Positions 30,025-38,422 of a stretch of 64,000 nucleotides of DNA are shown piece by piece. The stretch's first letter is position 1. The number at the start of each line of letters is the position of its first letter. Position numbers and translations under genes: made by a program. Origin of the DNA: Candidatus Altiarchaeota archaeon (GTDB taxonomy: Archaea > Altiarchaeota > Altiarchaeia > IMC4 > SCGC-AAA252-I15); NCBI GenBank assembly GCA_043800255.1, contig JAZDNF010000017.1, forward strand, positions 27 to 64,026, written 5' to 3'. The notes beneath the pieces are model-generated. The model saw only the letters and a program-made list of their open reading frames with translations, was not told the origin of the DNA and ran no database searches.

Positions 30025-31967
30025 ATTAACCACCCTACCGCGACAAGCAGCGCCAACACTGCGACGAAAACGTAGGATATGTAAGTGTCAAGGTGACCAT
30101 TTTGTAGCTTCGCAACTGATGATGCAACCCAGTCAATAAAGCTCGCAATCGGCATGTAGATGTACTGCTCAAAAAACTTCATCAGGTGGATCTCCGCATA
30201 GCCTTCCTTGAAGACGCTGCCATATCTGTCGTAGAACCTCCTTTCCCCATCTTCCCGGGTTCTGTAAACGAACTTGAACATCCTCATAATCGGCTCAGAA
30301 AAACCGGAGGCAGTATACTCCATCCTACTATTCTGGGAGACGATACCACATCCCCACGTCTCAGACATCCTGGACTTCCTCGAGGCACCAAAGTAAACAG
30401 CGAAAAAAACAGCTCCACAGGCAGCAACCAAAACCGAACTAACCACGATCATGTCAGGAAGAGGCGAAACATAGCCTAGACCCGCCATAATCCTTGTCGA
30501 GAAGACACCGAGGAAGACGCATGCGGCCGCGAGGACGGCCGGACCGACAAGCATCGAAAGCCCGGACTCACTAGCCTTTCTCGCCCCATCAGACCGCGGA
30601 ACAGCCAGAAACGTTATCCCAAACGCCTTAACAAAGCATGCCGATGCGAACGCACTGGTGAGCGCGAGAATCGACAGGCAGAGTATGAGAAAAACTTGGA
30701 GCAACGGCTCAGCAACGAAGTAAGATTGAAGCAACGCAGTGAAAATCATCAACTCGCTAACGAACCCGTTGAACGGCGGCAATGCTGAAATAGAAATCGC
30801 GCCCACGAGAAACAGAAGCGCAGTGTAAGGCATCCGCTTCAATAATCCACCTAAGACCTCGATGTCTCTCGTCCCAACCGCGTTCACAACTGACCCAGCG
30901 GCCATGAACAGAAGACTCTTGAATAGGCCGTGATTGAACGTGTGAAATAACGCACCATAGAGGCTCAGACGCGCAAGCTCTGCGAGGTTTTCGCCGCGGA
31001 ATATGACGAAGAGGCCCAGACCGATGTATATGATGCCTATGTTCTCTATGCTATGATATGCGAGGAGGCGCTTGATGTCGTGCTCCTTCAGCGCGTAGAG
31101 GACGCCGAGTATCGCAGACAAGGTTCCGAAGGCAACTATGATGACACCCCATCCGACCCCCACGTTCGCCGCATCATAGAGTATGAACCTCACGAAACCG
31201 TATACTGCGACCTTGAGCATCACACCTGACATCAGCGCTGAGATGTTCGAGGGGCTTGCGGGGTGAGCGTATGGAAGCCATTTATGGAACGGAATCAGAC
31301 CCGCCTTTATACCGAACCCCATGAACAGGCACGCCATTACTGCAAGGGATGTGGCACCACCAACGCCCGCAAGCCGCATGTCAAATGTACCGCTGGCTTG
31401 ATGCATCATCAGGAACGCCGCGAAAAGGAATACAGCACTCAGCTGTGTCATGATGAAATAGAATATTCCCGCCTTCCTGCTCTCCTCCTTTTCAAAGTCA
31501 TACAACACCATGAAGAACGACGACAATGACATAAGTTCCCAGAAGAACAGGAACGAGAAAGTATTAGTTGATGAGACCACAAGCACCATCGACAAGATGA
31601 AGACGCCCATCAGAGCGACAAGAAGGCTCTTCCTGACATCATGCTTCTCATGTTCCACATAGCCGACCGAGTAGATGCAGACGGCAATGGATACTGTGGA
31701 AATCAGAAGAGTGAAGAATGCTGACAGCCTGTCAAGCGCGAACGAGAAGCCAACGGAGGGGTTGACCCAGTAGGTGGCTGAAACAATGGTTTTACCTGTG
31801 TAGGCAATCTCCAAAGAGACCGCGAAAAGGAGAATTGAAGCCAATATCAGGCAGAGGAGCGACAACCTCCTTGCAGCCTTACCGCCGCGGAATACCGCCA
31901 GAGACAAGATCGAACCTAAAAAGAACAGGATAATGCTGCCGTAGAATAAATCAGGAGAATCCATCAT
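30021..31967 (-). CDS. Hydrogenase-4 component B-like antiporter subunit
   Basis: FWELMSL, KAGLIPFHKWLPYAHP, LAYHSIEN, LPPFNGFVSE, WGCG. Confidence 0.9.
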   Translation of the reverse strand: MMDSPDLFYGSIILFFLGSILSLAVFRGGKAARRLSLLCLILASILLFAVSLEIAYTGKTIVSATYWVNPSVGFSFALDRLSAFFTLLISTVSIAVCIYSVGYVEHEKHDVRKSLLVALMGVFILSMVLVVSSTNTFSFLFFWELMSLSSFFMVLYDFEKEESRKAGIFYFIMTQLSAVFLFAAFLMMHQASGTFDMRLAGVGGATSLAVMACLFMGFGIKAGLIPFHKWLPYAHPASPSNISALMSGVMLKVAVYGFVRFILYDAANVGVGWGVIIVAFGTLSAILGVLYALKEHDIKRLLAYHSIENIGIIYIGLGLFVIFRGENLAELARLSLYGALFHTFNHGLFKSLLFMAAGSVVNAVGTRDIEVLGGLLKRMPYTALLFLVGAISISALPPFNGFVSELMIFTALLQSYFVAEPLLQVFLILCLSILALTSAFASACFVKAFGITFLAVPRSDGARKASESGLSMLVGPAVLAAACVFLGVFSTRIMAGLGYVSPLPDMIVVSSVLVAACGAVFFAVYFGASRKSRMSETWGCGIVSQNSRMEYTASGFSEPIMRMFKFVYRTREDGERRFYDRYGSVFKEGYAEIHLMKFFEQYIYMPIASFIDWVASSVAKLQNGHLDTYISYVFVAVLALLVAVGWLI

Positions 31968-32211
31968 TCACCCCTGATGGCAACGACATGGAGCACAGGG
32001 CTGAACGTCGAAACCAAAAACAACAGTGTTTTTGCCTTCCAATTTACGTTTGACATGTATTCAACCGATATTCCAGATTATAGGACGAATTAATTAATAA
32101 ATAACAACACAACAACAATACGCCCATGTTTGAACTCAAAAAAAGGGCGTATAGATTTTATTTCTTAATGGGTTAACCCCTGCACATAATTGACACCCGA
32201 CCCTCGCAGCT

Positions 32212-32236
32212 TTTAACTTTTTTATTCCACCAATAC
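32212..32236. repeat. Right 25-bp direct repeat flanking the Ehr cluster
   Basis: TTTAACTTTTTTATTCCACCAATAC; 24/25 identical to 24790-24814. Confidence 0.7.
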
Positions 32237-32425
32237 AGTATACTAAGACAAACCCAACCGTCTAGTTGTATTCGTCTAGCGTTTTCTTTTTGGTTTTCGT
32301 GTTTGCTGGTGTGGGCACACTGTGGACAACTCTACTCTGATTTCCTAGTTTTGAGAACACTATACCCCCATAAAACAAAAATTGGGTTAACTTAAGTTAA
32401 CCTATTTTATCAAAATGCACGGTGT

Positions 32426-32527
32426 AAATTTAAAGTTAGGGCTCGAAATATAAGGGAAAACTACTATACGTGCGAGGAAATCAAGAAATGGCTCATCACC
32501 GGGAAAATCAGAGGATTCAAAAGATGA
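32426..32527 (+). pseudogene. 3' gene remnant, possibly the C-terminus of a Fic/Doc-like toxin
   Basis: Start-less frame ...NIRENYYTCEEIKKWLITGKIRGFKR* whose stop overlaps the next ATG (ATGA); family resemblance is from recall only. Confidence 0.35.
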
Positions 32528-32634
32528 AAAACAAGAAAAAGAGGGGAAATGGACTGTCAAAGCAAGAACAGACAGCAGTCGAGGAAATAATAGCAAGAAG
32601 AAAACCCCTACTGGAAGCCATAGGCAAACTCTGA
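32524..32634 (+). CDS. 36-aa protein, antitoxin-like
   Basis: MKNKKKRGNGLSKQEQTAVEEIIARRKPLLEAIGKL*; amphipathic C-terminal helix; ATGA coupling to upstream remnant. Confidence 0.4.
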   Translation: MKNKKKRGNGLSKQEQTAVEEIIARRKPLLEAIGKL

Positions 32635-32729
32635 TGAGAGATACATTAGTGTCTCAACTTACGATTTATTATTTATTCCCCTAGTTCATATTAGTTAGAC
32701 GGCCATTTACGGCTAATTTTCCCTACTAT

Positions 32730-32894
32730 GCGGGGGTGCTGGAGTGGTCAAACAGGCAGGGCTTAGGAGAACCCTTTTCTTTCTTAGGAAGAAAGAAAAG
32801 CGTTCGCGGAAAAGAAAGAACAATTAATCCGTGAACAGGGTTTGAAGTTACCCTGTGGCGCAGGCCTACGCGAGTTCGAACCTCGTCCCCCGCA
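32730..32894 (+). tRNA. tRNA-Leu(TAG) with 82-nt intron at position 37/38 (intron 32768-32849)
   Basis: Acceptor GCGGGGG/CCCCCGC+A; anticodon stem CAGGG/CCCTG with CT-TAG-G|A; long variable arm; GTTCGAAC T-loop; bulge-helix-bulge geometry at the junctions. Confidence 0.92.
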
Positions 32895-33082
32895 ACCTTT
32901 CCCACAGAAGGCATCGCCTTCTGGGGCCCCAGAAAGCAAAGCTTTCTGTGGGTCTTTCTAAGAAAAGGTTGATCAAAAGAAGAATACATTAGTGACATTC
33001 AAAGGGAAGGGTAGGGTTGATAAGGGCGGGAAACCGCAGGTTTCCTGCACTTATATTCGGACACTCGTCCCCCGCAACCTTT
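32882..33082. mobile_element. Miniature hairpin-rich insertion at the tRNA-Leu 3' end with 19-bp direct repeat
   Basis: CTCGTCCCCCGCAACCTTT at 32882-32900 and 33064-33082; interior carries AAAAGGTTGATCAAAA and several GC-rich hairpins. Confidence 0.7.
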
Positions 33083-33121
33083 TTCTTAACTTTTCTTATT
33101 TGTGTGTTCGTATAGTCTATT

Positions 33122-33625
33122 ATGGTTGGTAAGCGTGGTAATCCTAGTCCGAAGCTGCCGGAATCCCATGGTGTGCCGGCTGCTGAGACACTGTGGCTGC
33201 CGCCTCACTACAGCAAAGAGGTGAGGGATAAGGGCGGCCTGGAGAAGGCAGTCATCTGGTCTGTTGAAGACGTTGTAGACTTCATCTTCCCGAAAAAATA
33301 TCAGCCTAAGTACTTTGAGGTGGCTACGAAGTTCCTGAAGATCGTGCTGGAGAGGGACTGGGTGACTAAGAAGGACATCAGCAGGTTCCTCAAGGAGAAC
33401 GGCTACAGCCGCTCCACATTGGAGAATAAGATAATACCGAAGCTGGTGAGGTTCGGGCTGATAAAGAGGGAGAGGGAGATAACAGCTGGTATGGGTAAGG
33501 GCAGGTCCCTGATACTCTCGGATTCGATGACGTTCACCAACTATTTGGAGAGGATAGCCTTCGGCTGGAACATGCTCGTCTCAACCGCCAGGCAGAAGAA
33601 GGTTAAAGGTCAGTCTGCGACGTAG
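33122..33625 (+). CDS. Conserved hypothetical protein with putative winged-helix domain
   Basis: ISRFLKENGYSRSTLENKIIPKLVRFGLIKR HTH-like segment. Confidence 0.7.
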   Translation: MVGKRGNPSPKLPESHGVPAAETLWLPPHYSKEVRDKGGLEKAVIWSVEDVVDFIFPKKYQPKYFEVATKFLKIVLERDWVTKKDISRFLKENGYSRSTLENKIIPKLVRFGLIKREREITAGMGKGRSLILSDSMTFTNYLERIAFGWNMLVSTARQKKVKGQSAT

Positions 33626-34374
33626 ATTCCAACGCCTTCCTTGAACTTTATGCTGTGGATGTTCTCGCTGTGAGGCGTTCCGCGCATCTTCTCGATGGTC
33701 AAGGTTCTGCCGGCGTCAGGGCCTGCTGCAGAATAATGCAAGGTTATGACGCCGTCAACCACGTACTCTTCTACGCCGTGCTTCGAGACTCTGCCCTTCT
33801 CGATTATGTCGGATATGAGTATGGACGTGAGGCCGGCCTGCTGCAACCTGTAATTGATGTAGAGTATGGCATCCCTCACCTCATTCTCCTTCTGGAGGAT
33901 GTTGTCCAACGCGGGGAGGCTGTCAACTACAACCCTCTTCGCACCTATCTTGTCCGCGACCTTTATGACAAGGTCGACTATGCCCTGGAAGTTGACTTCG
34001 CCAGGCAGGAGTGAGAAACTTGAGTCAGGGACTACAGGAGTCTTGACTTTCATGTCCTTGGTGCCTATCCTCGAGAGGCTGGCGTCTATTATCACCAGTT
34101 TTTTCTCGTTCTCAAGCTTTTGGAAGTCGAAACCGAGCGAGAGCATGTCATTCTTCAGGTTGACGGGATTCTGCTCGAGCTCGACGAGTACGGCAGGCTC
34201 GTTGAATTTCACTATGCCGTGATGGAGGAACTGGAGGCTCAGTATTGTCTTTCCTGTGCCGCATGAGCCTGAGATGAGGACTGACCTCCCCCTCGGGAAG
34301 CCGCCGCTTACAAGCTCGTCCAAGCCCTTTATTCCGGTCGGACACCGTTCCAATGTCTTCGTGTTCTCAGCCAC
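33610..34374 (-). CDS. KaiC-like RecA-superfamily ATPase (single domain)
   Basis: TGIKGLDELVSGGFP, GSCGTGKT, RVVVDS, EEYVVDGVI, EKMRGTPH. Confidence 0.92.
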   Translation of the reverse strand: MAENTKTLERCPTGIKGLDELVSGGFPRGRSVLISGSCGTGKTILSLQFLHHGIVKFNEPAVLVELEQNPVNLKNDMLSLGFDFQKLENEKKLVIIDASLSRIGTKDMKVKTPVVPDSSFSLLPGEVNFQGIVDLVIKVADKIGAKRVVVDSLPALDNILQKENEVRDAILYINYRLQQAGLTSILISDIIEKGRVSKHGVEEYVVDGVITLHYSAAGPDAGRTLTIEKMRGTPHSENIHSIKFKEGVGIYVAD

Positions 34375-35002
34375 TTTCTTCTGCAGAGTCCTTCTTGCCT
34401 TCTAACTGTGAAATCTCGCTCTCCAGTTCTATGAGCTTCTTCTGATAGTCTTTGACGATTTCCCTGAAGCTCTGCTCGTCCAACAATCTCCTGTGGTATT
34501 TCTGCTTTGACAATTCTATCATATTCTCTATCTCCTTCCTCTTGTTTCTGAGCTCCGTCAGGTGGGTTGACTCAGTCACAGACGTTGGAGTGTCCCCCAA
34601 CTCTTTCTCAAGCTTCTCCCAGTATTCCAGTCTTAGAGTGCCCTCGGCCTGAGACTCTTTTGGGCCTGGAGCAGCTTCGCCAGCCGCCTCCGACAGCTTC
34701 TTCTTGTCAGCATCGCTGAGAACGGATTGCTGCCTTCTCAGGAGGTCCTCATTCTCCCTTATCTTTTTCCTCTGCAGCAACAGCACCCGCTTGTTCTTAT
34801 TCAGCTCGGCTGTTACCCTGCCAACCTGGGGGGATATGTTGTACAAGTTTACGAGAATGAGGGCGAACATTACGACTAGGACGACTGAGACTGACTTTGC
34901 CCCTGAAACGAAGCCGCCGACTACTATGACAAACAGCAGCAGATTTACCCCAAGAGTTATTACGTTATCCTGTAAGTCCTTCGGCATTTTAATCCGCACC
35001 AA
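34367..35002 (-). CDS. Membrane-anchored coiled-coil protein
   Basis: Two N-terminal TM helices and a C-terminal coiled coil. Confidence 0.7.
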   Translation of the reverse strand: MVRIKMPKDLQDNVITLGVNLLLFVIVVGGFVSGAKSVSVVLVVMFALILVNLYNISPQVGRVTAELNKNKRVLLLQRKKIRENEDLLRRQQSVLSDADKKKLSEAAGEAAPGPKESQAEGTLRLEYWEKLEKELGDTPTSVTESTHLTELRNKRKEIENMIELSKQKYHRRLLDEQSFREIVKDYQKKLIELESEISQLEGKKDSAEESG

Positions 35003-35285
35003 GCTGCTCTAGGCCGCGCACCAGGCCCTCAAGGTCGTGGGCTATGTCTAAGCCCCGGTCTGTGAGGAAGACCTCCTTTATGCGGCCCTCCTTCTTGAAA
35101 TCAACTATGCCGTGCTTCCTGAAGTCGTTAAGTATCTTGAGAGTGTGAGTGTAGGTGCAGTCTATCTCCTTCGATATTATCGACGCGTACTTTCCCTCAG
35201 AGCCCTTCAGGCTCAGGAGTATGCCGACCGGCTTGCTGTGCAGCAGCAGGTTTATGATTTCCGTCTTTCCCTCATTTTCTTTCAT
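34989..35285 (-). CDS. Winged-helix (MarR-like) DNA-binding protein
   Basis: YASIISKEIDCTYTHTLKIL...GIVDFKKEGRIKEVFLTDRG. Confidence 0.85.
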   Translation of the reverse strand: MKENEGKTEIINLLLHSKPVGILLSLKGSEGKYASIISKEIDCTYTHTLKILNDFRKHGIVDFKKEGRIKEVFLTDRGLDIAHDLEGLVRGLEQLGAD

Positions 35286-35683
35286 TTTTTCTTCTTCACC
35301 CTGATTTCGAGCAAATCGCCCTTGTGGGATACCTTAAGCTTGTTGGGATCCAGAGGCGTTGATATGAAGTATGAGCTGTTCAAAGACACATCGTCTCCGT
35401 GGTTCTTGCTCCCGTCAGCGCCTTTGCCCTTATGGCCTGAATGCAGTACCACGTTTATTGTGTTGGCTGTGGCTTCCACCTCGACGCGGTCCTCCGTGTA
35501 GCCTGGAATCCGAGTTTTGAGGAAAACCCACTCACTGTCTTCTCCGATGTCAGCGTGCAGTTTTATCGTAGCGGGCATGTGGCCGGAGTGCCTGCTGAAG
35601 AATGGCGTGACAACCATGTCCTCAACAATGCGCCGGATCTCGGCTGCCGGCTCCCCTGTTTTTTCCTGGCCTTTCTTGTCCAT
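35282..35683 (-). CDS. Hsp20/alpha-crystallin-like protein
   Basis: IPGYTEDRVEV...DPNKLKVSHKGDLLEIRV pattern; start at MDKKG. Confidence 0.65.
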   Translation of the reverse strand: MDKKGQEKTGEPAAEIRRIVEDMVVTPFFSRHSGHMPATIKLHADIGEDSEWVFLKTRIPGYTEDRVEVEATANTINVVLHSGHKGKGADGSKNHGDDVSLNSSYFISTPLDPNKLKVSHKGDLLEIRVKKKK

Positions 35684-35687
35684 GCCC

Positions 35688-35951
35688 CTATTTCTTGGGA
35701 GCCTTGTCCTCAACAAGATCCCCGAGTTTTTTCCAGTCTGCACCAGCCTTTTTCATGGCCTTCTTGAGCACGGCTGACGGGTTGGAGGCTTCTATGCTCA
35801 GCCTGTAACCTTTTATGAGAGGGTGCGGGTCGTAGGAGTATGCGTCGACCCCCATGCTCTTCAGCTCGGATGATAGTACTGAGAGAAGCGTCTTGTCGTC
35901 GGATTCTATAACCAGCTTGTTTTTTTCGTTTTCTATTATCTTGCATTCCAT
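35688..35951 (-). CDS. rpoL: DNA-directed RNA polymerase subunit L
   Basis: TLLSVLSSEL, YDPHPL motif; directly downstream of csl4. Confidence 0.8.
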   Translation of the reverse strand: MECKIIENEKNKLVIESDDKTLLSVLSSELKSMGVDAYSYDPHPLIKGYRLSIEASNPSAVLKKAMKKAGADWKKLGDLVEDKAPKK

Positions 35952-35952
35952 T

Positions 35953-36513
35953 TCACGTCACCTTCACATTCCCGTAGTCTTTTGCGATTTTCCGATTCTC
36001 CTTGTGACCGCAGGAGGAGCATTCCATGTTCGTCTCCTTCTTTTCGGATTTGATGAGAGGGAGCCTGCATCGCTTGCAGAACGCTTTCACAACCCCGTAG
36101 TCTCCTTTGGTTGAGATGTCTATCATGTTGCGGTCGAGTTTTATGACTTTGCCTTTGACTATGTCGCCTATGCCGAACATGTCCTCAACCTGCTCCACAT
36201 ATCCGTCAGATATGTTCGAGACGTAGATGTTTGTTTTTACGTCTATCTCGTTTTCTATGCCCTCTATCTTGGAAACGTTCAAGGTCACCATGTTCTTCCT
36301 GAAGCCTGTCACATCTCCGAACACTATCTGCCCTACCCTGACGTCTGGGAGCTCCCTGCCGTTTACAGTTACTGTGTGGTTCTCCTTGTCCAGAGTCAGT
36401 TCGCCAACCTTTGACGCGTATATTTTCCCGTCTTCTGAGTAGGTTCCCTCGCCTGGGACGAACTCCTCTATCGTTCCCAGGTAGTCCCCAATCATTGTCT
36501 TTTTTCCAGTCAT
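35953..36513 (-). CDS. csl4: Exosome RNA-binding protein Csl4
   Basis: GDYLGTIEEFVPGEGTY, S1 domain, GVVKAFCKRC...CSSCG..ENRK. Confidence 0.93.
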   Translation of the reverse strand: MTGKKTMIGDYLGTIEEFVPGEGTYSEDGKIYASKVGELTLDKENHTVTVNGRELPDVRVGQIVFGDVTGFRKNMVTLNVSKIEGIENEIDVKTNIYVSNISDGYVEQVEDMFGIGDIVKGKVIKLDRNMIDISTKGDYGVVKAFCKRCRLPLIKSEKKETNMECSSCGHKENRKIAKDYGNVKVT

Positions 36514-36557
36514 TTTGAAAGTATGTGTTTTATTATATCCGTTTTAGTTTATATGTC

Positions 36558-37805
36558 TTATGTTCCCTCGTCCCAGCTTGAAAGATAGGACTTCTGCCGC
36601 TTGGTCAGAGAATCAATCCGAATGCCCATGGACTTAAGCTTCAGCCTGGCGACAGTCGCGTCGATGCTCTGGGGTATGTCGTATACTCCAGGCTCAAGAT
36701 CGTGCTCGTTGATGTACTTGCAGGCAAGAGCCTGGTTAGCGAAGCTCATATCCATCACCTCAGACGGATGGCCTTCGGCAGCGGCAAGGTTTACGAGCCT
36801 GCCCTCAGCCAGCAGATAGATGTGCCTGCCGTTCTTGAGAGCGTACTTCTCAACGTCATCCCGTATGAGCTTCTTGGACTTCGAGAGACGCTCTAGCTCC
36901 GGGATGTTTATTTCAACGTTGAAGTGGCCTGAGTTCGCTATTATCGCGCCGTCTTTCATCATCCGGACGTGTTTCCCTCGTATGATGTCAACGTCGCCCG
37001 TAGCTGTGACGAATATGTCACCATGCTTTGAAGCCTCGTCCATCGTCATGACCCTGTAGCCGTCCATGACAGCCCTCAATGCCAGCGTCGGGTCAACCTC
37101 TGTCACGATCACGTTCGAGCCCATGCCCTTCGCGCGGGCTGCTATGCCCCTACCGCACCAGCCGTATCCTGCAATAACAGCGGTCTTGCCCGCGAACAAC
37201 ACCGAAGTCGCCCTCAGTATACCGTCTATGGTTGACTGCCCTGTCCCGTAATGGTTGTCGAACATGTGCTTGGTATCGGCGTCGTTGGTCGCCATCACAG
37301 GATACTTCAAGGCCTTGTCAGCCTCCATCGCCCTAAGCCGTATTATCCCGGTGGTAGTCTCCTCGCAGCCTCCCCTGATTCTGTCCAGCAGCTCTGTTCT
37401 CTTCTTGTGAACCAGGAATATGAGGTCTGCACCGTCGTCTATGGTGATGTCAGGCTTGTGGTCTAACACTCTATTGATGTTGTCATAGTATTCTTTGTTC
37501 GTCTCGCCCCGCCAGGCATAGACGTTCACGCCTTCTTTTGCGAGGGCTGATGCCACCTCATCTTTGGTGCTCAGCGGATTGCAGCCGGTTATCGCGATCT
37601 TCGCGCCGCCTGCCTTCAGGGTTCTGACCAATACTGCAGTCTCCTTAGTCACATGCAATGCGAACCCGACTGTGATGCCCTTCAGAGGCTTCTGTTTCCT
37701 GAACTTGTCGCGAATCTGCGTTAGAACAGGCATGTGAGACTCAGCCCACTCAATCTGCAACTTACCCTTATACGCCAACTTAATGTCTTTTACTTTGTAT
37801 GGCAT
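36558..37805 (-). CDS. ahcY: S-adenosyl-L-homocysteine hydrolase
   Basis: IEWAESHMPVL, EETTTG, KHMFDNHYGTGQS, GYGWCGRG, NSGHFNVE, GHPSEVMDMSF; start ATG 37805 (TTG 37820 alternative). Confidence 0.96.
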   Translation of the reverse strand: MPYKVKDIKLAYKGKLQIEWAESHMPVLTQIRDKFRKQKPLKGITVGFALHVTKETAVLVRTLKAGGAKIAITGCNPLSTKDEVASALAKEGVNVYAWRGETNKEYYDNINRVLDHKPDITIDDGADLIFLVHKKRTELLDRIRGGCEETTTGIIRLRAMEADKALKYPVMATNDADTKHMFDNHYGTGQSTIDGILRATSVLFAGKTAVIAGYGWCGRGIAARAKGMGSNVIVTEVDPTLALRAVMDGYRVMTMDEASKHGDIFVTATGDVDIIRGKHVRMMKDGAIIANSGHFNVEINIPELERLSKSKKLIRDDVEKYALKNGRHIYLLAEGRLVNLAAAEGHPSEVMDMSFANQALACKYINEHDLEPGVYDIPQSIDATVARLKLKSMGIRIDSLTKRQKSYLSSWDEGT

Positions 37806-37919
37806 TTTCTTTTTCGTCAACGTTTTTCTTTTCTAAAAAGAAAAAGGTTGGAGTTCAGCCCACTCGATCTGCAACTTACCCTTATCCGCTAGCCTGATGT
37901 CCTTGACTTTGTAACCCAT
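37806..37919 (-). mobile_element. Displaced duplicate of the ahcY 5' end (37854-37919) plus 48-bp hairpin scar
   Basis: MGYKVKDIRLADKGKLQIEWAE vs MPYKVKDIKLAYKGKLQIEWAE; spacer contains CAACCTTTTTCTTTT-TAG-AAAAGAAAAACGTTG. Confidence 0.8.
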
Positions 37920-37981
37920 TTTCGGACTTAGATATTCCCCATGAGGGAATAAAAATCGCAGAAGCCTAGATTCCTGTTTGC

Positions 37982-38341
37982 TCAGAAAGGCCTCGCAGTA
38001 GGCCTGAAAGTCCACTTGGATTGTTTTCCAGCATCCTCCTGCTTTGACGTTTCCGCACGGTCTTCGACTTTTCCGGCGTAAGACTCCCAGCCGTCGTCCA
38101 TGGTGTAGTAGTCGCTGTTAGAGTCTATTGACAGAATCTGCCCATCCTGGATCAGTTTCTCCTGGCCTTCCTCCGCTAAGAGGAGCTCCAGGTGGGCGTC
38201 ATTCGACCTGTCATCTTTTGAGACAACGTAAAGTCCCACCGTTTTGCCTCTCCTGAGCTCTCCGGCTGCTATAGCATCGTCAAGCAGTTCAACAGGTACC
38301 CCCCTGATGTACTCCAGTTTTCGTATAACAACCTCTGCCAT
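37982..38341 (-). CDS. Hypothetical protein
   Basis: 119-aa ORF with GGTGA RBS upstream. Confidence 0.6.
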   Translation of the reverse strand: MAEVVIRKLEYIRGVPVELLDDAIAAGELRRGKTVGLYVVSKDDRSNDAHLELLLAEEGQEKLIQDGQILSIDSNSDYYTMDDGWESYAGKVEDRAETSKQEDAGKQSKWTFRPTARPF

Positions 38342-38422
38342 AGTATCACCTAAAAAATTTGAAACAGAATATTGGACGTGCGGGTATAAAAATCAGCAGG
38401 TGAAAAGTAGTATAGCATCAGA

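Noticed and set aside
32726-32998. 90-aa minus-strand ORF
   Set aside because: Antisense to the tRNA-Leu gene and its downstream repeats.
37833-37835. Pyrrolysine readthrough of the in-frame TAG upstream of ahcY
   Set aside because: No pyl genes are in the window, readthrough would only add a redundant N-terminus, and the same TAG loop occurs in a non-coding copy at 63641.
37833-38015. 60-aa ORF as an independent gene
   Set aside because: Its only meaningful part is the duplicated ahcY start; the 5' part overlaps the upstream gene.
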